Of a DNA stretch of 40,785 nucleotides, positions 34,601 to 40,785 are shown one piece after another. The notes under the pieces were generated by a model. The model was given only the letters and a program-made list of their open reading frames with translations, ran no database searches and was not told where the DNA came from. The stretch comes from Myxococcota bacterium (GTDB lineage Bacteria; Myxococcota_A; UBA796; GCA-2862545): positions 1-40,785 of the forward strand of contig JBLFXJ010000020.1 of NCBI GenBank assembly GCA_047609825.1. Reading direction: 5' to 3'. A program made the translations under genes and the position numbers. How positions within the stretch are numbered: the stretch's first letter is position 1; the number at the start of each line of letters is the position of its first letter.

Positions 34601-37283
34601 CGGTGAGGTGCAGCGCCACGGCGTCGCCCTTCGGCACCAGGGTCATCTCGAGGGGCTGGGTGTTCACGCTGAACCGGTGCTTGCCGAACCGCACCAGGTT
34701 GCTGTCGCCGTCGAACAGGTCGATCTTGTCGCGCAGTCCGCGGAGCGCGTCTTGCTTCGCCGACTTCAGCTTGGATCGGAGCTCCTCGGCCTTCACCGAA
34801 TCGCCGAGCCCGTCGAGCTGGTCGCCCAGACTTCCGAGCTTGAGCACCATCGGGTCGGAGGCGAAGTAGGTGTTCAGCTCGTCTTCGGCCTTGAACGCGC
34901 GGGACCGGCGCTGCACGCCCTGGACGATGCGGTTGGCGGCCGTCATCAGGGCGTCGATGCGCCGGTTGCGCTCGTCGACCAGGGTCTGCTTGCGCCCGCT
35001 GAACGCTTGGTACACCTCGTCGCGCTTGTCGGCGAGATCGGGCAGGAACTCGTCGAAGTCGCCGAACCGCGCCTCAAGCTCCTCGAGCTGGAGCAGCAGC
35101 TTGGACAGCTGGTCGTCGCACGCCTCGGGGGAGTCGCACAGCGCGAGCGCGGACTGGACCGACTGGCCGAACAGCTTGAACTGCGCGACGAACTCGGCCC
35201 GGCCCTCGGCGGTCCTCAGCTCCTTGGTGCGGTTGGTGAGGACCGCACGCACTCGGTTGGCGTGGGAGAATACTTCGCCGATCTGGTCGAGGATCACCGT
35301 CTTTCGGGTGGGATCCTCCACCTCGATGCCGGCGACGACCTCGGCGAGCAGGTTCACGCCTCCGCTGGTGGTGTCGAGCTGCTCGGTGAGCGGCGCGAGC
35401 TCGGTGGCCTTGCTCACCGCCTCGATCTCGACGAGCAGCGCGTCGAGAGCGGTGCGCAGGGGCTCGAACGCAGCGTCACCCTCGAGGAATCCGATGGCGT
35501 CGCGGCTCACCTTGTCGAACCGCTCCACGGCCTCGGCCTCGAGGGCGTCGAGCACCTCGAGGTCGACGTACCGGGTCTCCTTCAGCGTGATCAGGTGGCC
35601 GCGGTGGGTGCGGAGCGCGGTCATCGCGCCGAGGAACTCGTCGATCCGCTTGAAGTACTCGGTGCGCACATCGGTGAGCAGCTTGGCGTGCTCGGCCTTG
35701 GCGGTCCGCAGCACCTCCTTCGCCCGGGCCTTCAGGGTCTGGACCTTGATGAACTCGTCGATGATCAGCTCGGCCGTACGCCGCACATCCTCCACGACCG
35801 CGCGGAGGTTGCCGACTCCGGCGTCCGCCGCCCAGTAGTAGGCATCGGCGAACCGGTTGCACGCGCCGACCAGCTCCTCGTACATCGCCCGCGTGGGCTC
35901 CTGGTTGCGGGTGAGACGCACCAGGGTGAACGCGTCCGAGATGCCGCGCACCAGCTCCTTGTTGCCGATCCGGCCGAGCAGGGAGTCATCGGTGGGCGCG
36001 GCCTCGTAGGCCTCGGGCGACATGAACGGCGTCTGCCACACCTGCATCGGGTGCACGCGGGTGGGCTCCGGCGTCGCGCGGAACACGACCAAGGTGCCGT
36101 CTTCGAACAGGCTGTAGCCGGAGCACTGGATGGGGGTGGCGACCTCTTTCCGGATCAGGTTGTACGGGTACAGCGCGTACTGGCCCTCGTCTCTCCGGTG
36201 GAAGACGTACATCACATCTTCGCCGTTCGGCGCGTGGATGGCGCGCACGAACTCGAGGTCGTCGATGCCCTCCTGCTCGAAGACCTTGTACTCACCGTCG
36301 CGGAGGTAGTACCCGCCAGGGAACAGGATTCCGTGGTCTTCGGGGAGCGAGACGCACGAGTGCCCGATGGTGTCGATGCGCAGCACGTGCCGGGTGTTGA
36401 TGTTGTACACCAGGTACCGGAAGGCCTCTTCCCGGTAGGGCCGGACCTTGAGCAGCACCAGGGCGCCCCGGCGGGCGTAGTGGATTGTTGCGTCGTCGAG
36501 TGACTGGTTCGGGTCGTTCACCGCCTCGGAGTAGATGCCTTCGCCATCTTCTGTGTTGTTATCGACCTTGATCGTGAGATCTCCGCCGACGGTCTCGACG
36601 AACACCAGGTCGAGTACGTTCACGTGGGGGTGGCGCCCGCGCACATGGTCTTCGCGGGTGGTAGCCGTCCATTCGAAGTCGTGGGTCGGCGGGAACACGT
36701 GGTCCCGCTCGCCGCGGCTGTCGATGTAGGTGGTGGTGCCGTCGGGGTCGACGGCCCAGCGGAGAACCTTCACATCCCGCGCGGTGGCGCCGGTCTGGAA
36801 CACGGCGAGCAGCTTGGTCTCGGTGACCCGGAGCTGGATGAGCCGGGCGTCCTTGTAGTACTGGTACAGCTCGCCGAACTCCCGCACGAAGGTGCGGTCG
36901 GTGAGGAATTCGAGCTTGGACTCCTCCTGCACCGCGTGGAAGCCGAAGCCCCCTTCGGCGCGCTCGAACTTCTGCAGGGCGAGCACGTCGGCGGCGGTGA
37001 TCTGCCGCTTCAGGCCGATGTGGACGTTGTAGCCGAACAACAGCTCGCCGCCGACCTGGACGATGTCCACCGGTACGCAGTTGTTCTCGGTGCGCACGCG
37101 CTCGTTGCCGAGGATGGCGAGTTCGGTGCTACCGAACGCACCCTCGCGGCGGTCGTTGAGGGCCGCGGTGGAGGTGTGCAGCGTGTCGCCGAGCCCGCTG
37201 AGACGGGTTCGGATCACGTCGTAGTTGCCGCCCTCGAGCGCATCTGCGGGTTGCGGTGTGGCGGGGGTCTGCGCGTCGGACAT
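31608..37283 (-). CDS. Giant (1891 aa) multidomain protein with a central MoxR/AAA_5-type AAA+ ATPase core; family unknown
   Basis: It is a single uninterrupted ORF with good codon usage. Walker A is LLISPPGYGKTT and Walker B is VMLYLDD. Sensor-1 is AVVMAGNP. A degenerate second P-loop-like GASGAGKRT lies 12 aa upstream. The N-terminal ~430 aa are beta-rich. The N-terminal third has a long coiled-coil-rich region, and the C-terminal ~350 aa are Ala/Leu-rich and helical. Confidence 0.75.
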   Translation of the reverse strand: MSDAQTPATPQPADALEGGNYDVIRTRLSGLGDTLHTSTAALNDRREGAFGSTELAILGNERVRTENNCVPVDIVQVGGELLFGYNVHIGLKRQITAADVLALQKFERAEGGFGFHAVQEESKLEFLTDRTFVREFGELYQYYKDARLIQLRVTETKLLAVFQTGATARDVKVLRWAVDPDGTTTYIDSRGERDHVFPPTHDFEWTATTREDHVRGRHPHVNVLDLVFVETVGGDLTIKVDNNTEDGEGIYSEAVNDPNQSLDDATIHYARRGALVLLKVRPYREEAFRYLVYNINTRHVLRIDTIGHSCVSLPEDHGILFPGGYYLRDGEYKVFEQEGIDDLEFVRAIHAPNGEDVMYVFHRRDEGQYALYPYNLIRKEVATPIQCSGYSLFEDGTLVVFRATPEPTRVHPMQVWQTPFMSPEAYEAAPTDDSLLGRIGNKELVRGISDAFTLVRLTRNQEPTRAMYEELVGACNRFADAYYWAADAGVGNLRAVVEDVRRTAELIIDEFIKVQTLKARAKEVLRTAKAEHAKLLTDVRTEYFKRIDEFLGAMTALRTHRGHLITLKETRYVDLEVLDALEAEAVERFDKVSRDAIGFLEGDAAFEPLRTALDALLVEIEAVSKATELAPLTEQLDTTSGGVNLLAEVVAGIEVEDPTRKTVILDQIGEVFSHANRVRAVLTNRTKELRTAEGRAEFVAQFKLFGQSVQSALALCDSPEACDDQLSKLLLQLEELEARFGDFDEFLPDLADKRDEVYQAFSGRKQTLVDERNRRIDALMTAANRIVQGVQRRSRAFKAEDELNTYFASDPMVLKLGSLGDQLDGLGDSVKAEELRSKLKSAKQDALRGLRDKIDLFDGDSNLVRFGKHRFSVNTQPLEMTLVPKGDAVALHLTGTDFHQSVDDPEFAATRPYWSQTVISETSEVYRSEYLAYCLLSDAEAGRAGLSIAELEAAVLQEGRLLETVRTYAANRYEEGYDRGIHDADAVRILQALVGLRKTADLLRFPSTARTLATLYWAFCEDKPAEGWVAQARSLAKLRDALGLSPALTRFVDHLTASLTTWHADAGFDPDGSWVAAQGALAGQYLFEVLARQPVRFVFGQEAAELRDGLLRWLEDHGGSMRFEDALRPLADRLDLRFTIKQAWLETFAQNTDDERYTALAPVAAEAATMLLVGRTIDADVSGGTGATTVEGLLGQHPRVVERRLDLRLSEFVERLQRFDHERVPGFRDYRERRTALVEHWRTTLRVDEFQPKVMTAFVRNKLISDVYLHLVGDNLAKQMGASGAGKRTDLMGLLLLISPPGYGKTTLMEYIASRLGLVFVKVNGPALGHSVESLDPSEAPNATARQEVEKVNLALEMGNNVMLYLDDIQHTNPEFLQKFISLCDASRRIEGVWNGRTRTYDLRGKKFAVVMAGNPYTETGDKFQIPDMLANRADTYNLGDVLGGREDVFALSFLENGLTSNPALQPLAARPQKDVYTLIRMAAGEEISPSELSHDYSAVELNEIRGTFAHLFTARDVLLKVNAEYIRSAAMEDAFRTEPRFQLQGSYRNMNKLAEKIVPALTPDEVLEVISDHYRGEAQTLTTGAEYNLLRLAELRGLLTDEEAQRLGKIREEYRRRQLMGGGDDDPVARVTGVLSGMAQNLVHLGDKLTGDAVPTQLARLDDNLTGIRDALTLTTGGASQELAGIREVLTSGAGTEERLAGLVAALSTIATTLEARPALELDKVERGIGFIARHFQGVQRGEIPGVQSMVEPLQAIHQALAQSGGGSDATLTDVLHELRGLRTALQERAAAPAAATLPPGPTPVHRSMAESRQKLLGQAQRALNNDIRPVDAGDDSTLAAALSVVEILTVHMAASAKARLPAELHDAFVSDLRRSVASAVADLASGSKG

Positions 37284-37363
37284 GGGTGCCCTGGGGTGGT
37301 GGCGGGCCAGACGGACGCCCCCCGCTCAGGTGAGCGAGGGGCGAGAGCGGGTGTGGGCCGGCA

Positions 37364-37382
37364 GGCGTGCGGAGCGCACGCC
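37364..37382. other. GC-rich hairpin (8-bp stem, 3-nt loop) in the 119-bp gap between the flotillin and giant ATPase genes
   Basis: The stem is GGCGTGCG gag CGCACGCC. No U-tract follows it. Confidence 0.35.
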
Positions 37383-37402
37383 CGACGGCGGAGAGCCGAG
37401 GC

Positions 37403-39538
37403 TCAGGCGTCGGTGCTGTCGGTGCTGCTGTCGCCCGCGATGCGCTTCTTCACAGCGTCGAGCACGCCCTTGGCTGCAGGGGACTCGGCGAGGAAGCCGT
37501 CCAGCGCCTTGCCCACGCTCGCCGCCTGGACCAACTTGTCGAGGAACTGGCCGTCGCCGCCCATGATCTGGATGTCGGCGTTGCCGAATGCCTCCCCGAG
37601 CACCTTGGCCTGCTCCGCCGCGACGGCCATCTGCGCCTCGATGGCAGCGAGCCGGATGGTCTGGTCGTGCTCCAGTTGGATGCGGAACTCCTCGTGCTCG
37701 CGCGCCGCGCCTTCCATGGCCTGCATCGCCTCGAGCTTGGCCTTGAGACCTGCGGCCTCGGCGGACATCCGCTCACGGATGGAGGTCGCCTCGGCCAGTC
37801 CGGCCACCTCGATCACGCGCGCGTCGGCCTCCTTGCCCTTCGCCATCGCGAGCAGCTCCTTCTCCAGCGCATCGGCGCCGGCGGACTTGCCCTCGGCCTC
37901 GGCCAGCAGCCGGGCCCGGATGGACGCGCCCGCAGCCTCGCCCTGCTTCTGCACCGCGGCCGCATCGGCTTCCTTGCCCTGCGCCTCGGCCACGGCCTTC
38001 TCACGGATGAGCTGCGTCTCGAGCTCGATCTCGCGCTGGCGCACCTTCATGCGGGCCATGCCGCGGTCTTCCTCGCCCCGGGCCTGGGCCTGGGCCTTCT
38101 CCACATGCACCCGCGCCTCGGCCACGCCCTCCTTCTCCATCGCGATGGCGTTGGCCTCGCGCACCTTCACGTCGGCCATGCCCTGGGCGGCCACCTCGGC
38201 TTGCGTACCCTCGGCGAGCCGGATCTGGGCCTTGGCTGTACGCTCTGCCGCTTCGAGGTCGGCGTTGGCGAGCACGACCTTCTCCCGGGCCTTGAACTCG
38301 GCGACCTTCTCGTCGGCCTCGGCCTCCTTGATGGTCTTCACGAGGTTCTCTTCGGCCTCACCCTGGGCGCCGATGATCGCCACGTCCTTCTTCCGGTTGG
38401 CCTCCGCATGCACGCGGAGATCCTTGATGCGCTCCTCCTCTTCGGCGACGTTCTTGTCGACGACGATGCGGCCCCGCACGACCTCGGCGATCTCCTTCCG
38501 CTTGACCTCGAGCTCCATCTCCTTGTCGATCTCCTGGCGCTCCACTTCGCGCTGGCGGGAGATCTCCTCGATCTGACGGTCGCGCTCGACCTGCTCGGAC
38601 TTGATGGCCACGACGCGCTCGCGGTCTTTGTCGGCCACCTCGACCTGGCGCTGCTTGTTCAGCTCGCCGATCTGGATCTCCTCTTCCGACTTGATCCGGG
38701 CGATCTGGGCGCGCTGGTTCTCTTCGGACTGCACCTTGGAGGTCTCGGCGGCCTCGCGTGCCTTCACGGTCTCGATCTCGCGCTGCTGCTTGGCCTCAGC
38801 GTCGGCCCGACGGCGCTCGAGCTCCAGGATCGCCTCGTCCGCCTCGAGGTTCTGCCGGGTGACCTCCTTGCGCTCGTTCTGCCGGAGCTGGTTGGTGAGC
38901 ACGTTCTGCTCGGCGGTCATCTGGGTGATCTTCCGGATGCCCTGGCTGTCGAGGATGTTGTCCTTGTCGAGCTTCTCAATCGGCGTCTGCTCGAGGTAGT
39001 CGATGGCGGCGTCTTCGAGAGCGTAGCCGTTGAGATCGCGGCCGATCACGTCGATGATCTGGTCCTTGAAGTCATCGCGCTGGGTGTACAGCTGCTCGAA
39101 CTCGAGCTGCTTGCCGACGGTCTTCAGTGCCTCGGAGAACTTGGCGACGAACAGCTGCTCCAGGGTGTCCTGGTCGCTGGCGCGCTTGCAGCCGATGGAC
39201 TGGGCCACCTTCAGCACGTCTTCCTTGGTCTTGTTCACCCGCACATAGAAGCTGACCTTGATGTCAGCGCGGATGTTGTCGTGGCAGATCAGGCCTTCGT
39301 GGCCGGACCGCGCGATCTCGATGGTCTTGACCGAGATGTCCATCACCTCGGAGCGGTGGATGATCGGCAGCACGACGGCGCCCGTGAACGTAACGTCGGG
39401 CTCGTTGCTCATCTTGTTGACGATGAGGGCATTGCCCTGGTCCACCTTGCGGTAGAACCGGGCGACCATCATCGCCCCCCCTCCGAGGATGACCAAGAGA
39501 GCGACTACGCTGGCGACAGCGAGCAAAACGATTTCCAT
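37403..39538 (-). CDS. Flotillin-family (SPFH/Band-7, YqiK/FloT-like) membrane protein with a very long E/A/K/R coiled-coil
   Basis: An N-terminal TM helix is followed by an SPFH domain (..VVLPIIHRSEVMDISVKTIEIARS...DNIRADIKVSFYVRV..) and about 450 aa of EA-repeat coiled-coil. A GGAGG RBS lies inside the 3' end of the upstream gene. Confidence 0.85.
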   Translation of the reverse strand: MEIVLLAVASVVALLVILGGGAMMVARFYRKVDQGNALIVNKMSNEPDVTFTGAVVLPIIHRSEVMDISVKTIEIARSGHEGLICHDNIRADIKVSFYVRVNKTKEDVLKVAQSIGCKRASDQDTLEQLFVAKFSEALKTVGKQLEFEQLYTQRDDFKDQIIDVIGRDLNGYALEDAAIDYLEQTPIEKLDKDNILDSQGIRKITQMTAEQNVLTNQLRQNERKEVTRQNLEADEAILELERRRADAEAKQQREIETVKAREAAETSKVQSEENQRAQIARIKSEEEIQIGELNKQRQVEVADKDRERVVAIKSEQVERDRQIEEISRQREVERQEIDKEMELEVKRKEIAEVVRGRIVVDKNVAEEEERIKDLRVHAEANRKKDVAIIGAQGEAEENLVKTIKEAEADEKVAEFKAREKVVLANADLEAAERTAKAQIRLAEGTQAEVAAQGMADVKVREANAIAMEKEGVAEARVHVEKAQAQARGEEDRGMARMKVRQREIELETQLIREKAVAEAQGKEADAAAVQKQGEAAGASIRARLLAEAEGKSAGADALEKELLAMAKGKEADARVIEVAGLAEATSIRERMSAEAAGLKAKLEAMQAMEGAAREHEEFRIQLEHDQTIRLAAIEAQMAVAAEQAKVLGEAFGNADIQIMGGDGQFLDKLVQAASVGKALDGFLAESPAAKGVLDAVKKRIAGDSSTDSTDA

Positions 39539-39543
39539 CGAGG

Positions 39544-40389
39544 CTACTCCTCCGAGAGAGACTTGTTGCGGGTTGTGGCGGCCTGGGCTGCCAGGGACTG
39601 ACCGGCACGCGCCGGGGCCCCGAGTGGAGCGGTGAGGGGCTCGATGACGAACGCCTCACGCTTGCGGTCGAACGACACGATCAGGGCGCGCTGGCCCTTT
39701 CGCAGGGTGTTGTCAGCCGTGTCGCAGCGCACCTGGAACAGCAGGTCGTCGCCGCCGACCATCGCGATGGCCTGACCGAATCGGCCGTCGACGCGGCCCG
39801 TGGTGATCTCGCACGCCTCGCCGACGAGGGAGTTGCGCTCGCGGGCGTGGGCCACCTTGAACACCGGCTCGACCGGGCGGGTGGCCACGTTTGTGAATGC
39901 GGTGGCGAGGAGCGATGCCGTGAGGAAGATCAAGGCGCCGAGCACGGCTCCATGCAGCGCGACGCTGGCCTGGAGTGCGGTCCAGGTGAGCAGGAAGCTG
40001 GTGAACCAGCCGCCGAACACGAACAGGGACAGGGTGATGGTGGCGGGCACCCGGCCGAGCCGGAGGGCGTTCGCGATGAACTTGAGCGCGCTGAAGCTCT
40101 CGGCGGAGCCGTCCATGTCGGCGTCGAGGTCGGTGTCGGCCTCCACGGCGCCGTCGATGGCATCGGCGGCGCCGTCTACGGCACCATCCATCGCTCCATC
40201 GAGCGCGCCGTCGATGGCACCGTCCATCGCGCCTTCGAGGCCCTCGCCGGCACCGTCGAGCACGCCGTCCATCAGGTCGATGTCGGCCGCGCCGAGCATC
40301 ACGGTGACCCAGTACAGCAGCACCAGGCCGAGCGAGACCGAGAACACGATCGTGGGGAAGGAGACCAGAATGTCGAAGAAACCCTGCAT
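39544..40389 (-). CDS. YqiJ/NfeD-like inner-membrane protein (the flotillin partner) with a DGAxD pentapeptide repeat tract
   Basis: TM helices flank an acidic (GAMDGAIDGALDGAMDGAVDGA..) repeat region. The C-terminal soluble domain resembles the NfeD OB-fold-like domain. It lies immediately upstream of the flotillin gene with a 5-bp gap, as in E. coli yqiJK. Confidence 0.6.
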   Translation of the reverse strand: MQGFFDILVSFPTIVFSVSLGLVLLYWVTVMLGAADIDLMDGVLDGAGEGLEGAMDGAIDGALDGAMDGAVDGAADAIDGAVEADTDLDADMDGSAESFSALKFIANALRLGRVPATITLSLFVFGGWFTSFLLTWTALQASVALHGAVLGALIFLTASLLATAFTNVATRPVEPVFKVAHARERNSLVGEACEITTGRVDGRFGQAIAMVGGDDLLFQVRCDTADNTLRKGQRALIVSFDRKREAFVIEPLTAPLGAPARAGQSLAAQAATTRNKSLSEE

Positions 40390-40733
40390 CGCCGTCCATG
40401 GTTCTCGGGAGCCGGCCGGAGTGTACGCGGATCGAGGTCACCCGGCCATCCTCTGGGCGCAGCGACCACGGCCAACGCAGACCTGAGGTCCGTGCGGCGG
40501 GGGTCGCGGCGCAGCGAAGGGCGCGAGTACAGGGACTACGGAAGCGCAACGAGAATGTTGCACCGATCGGTCGGGTTCTGTCATCGGGATCGGATTGTCG
40601 AGGTGGGGAGAGGATCTGGGTTCGGACGGTTCGGGGTGGGCGTTGGCTTGTGATGGGCCGAAGATCGTGGTTCGGACGGGATCAGGGAGAGCCGGTGCCT
40701 GCTGGCGTGGGTCCTCCCCATCCGCGGCATCGC

Positions 40734-40775
40734 GGACTCCGCGGCCGGGGACTTCGTCTCCTGGCCGCGGAGTCC
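40734..40775. other. 13-bp perfect inverted repeat (GGACTCCGCGGCC ... GGCCGCGGAGTCC) with a 16-nt loop at the window edge, upstream of the yqiJ-like operon
   Basis: Read directly from the sequence. It could be a terminator of an unseen upstream gene or a regulatory hairpin. Confidence 0.35.
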
Positions 40776-40785
40776 CCTGCTGGCG

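Noticed and set aside
37367-39601. 744-aa plus-strand ORF
   Set aside because: It is antisense to the flotillin coiled-coil. Its composition is Leu/Gly/Asp-rich and driven by the EA-repeat on the other strand.

Overview
This is a 40.8-kb window of roughly 70% GC chromosomal DNA with dense coding and many predicted lipoproteins. It contains a TonB-dependent receptor, a GldG/DUF4340 pair and an ECF sigma/ChrR pair, which suggests a Gram-negative, probably myxobacterial (Myxococcota-like) genome. I saw no rRNA, tRNA, CRISPR array or transposase/integrase. I called 31 CDSs. They include a cNMP-binding patatin (NTE-like) lipase translationally coupled to a PLD-family protein, and a TLC/MFS-HEAT-cNMP membrane protein. 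A four-gene TonB-dependent uptake operon (DUF4198, TBDR, two lipoproteins) is chained by three consecutive ATGA start/stop overlaps. A DUF4331-ECF sigma-ChrR anti-sigma cluster lies close to msrA. Other calls are a glycine-rich RRM RNA-binding protein, an avidin/streptavidin-like protein, a secreted cyclophilin, an orphan degenerate GspG-like pseudopilin, an M16 peptidase and a molybdopterin oxidoreductase. The most unusual locus is a minus-strand module at 31.6-40.4 kb: a YqiJ/NfeD-like membrane protein, a flotillin (SPFH) protein with a very long coiled-coil, and a 1891-aa protein built around a single MoxR/AAA_5-type ATPase core. I could not assign that giant protein to a named family, and it is the best candidate for an undescribed system. 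Non-coding observations include a perfect 13-bp inverted-repeat pair flanking a 145-bp AT-enriched segment between the GFA and thioredoxin-fold genes, several palindromes or hairpins in promoter regions, and coding hexa/trinucleotide repeats that give Gly/Thr/Asp linkers in lipoproteins.
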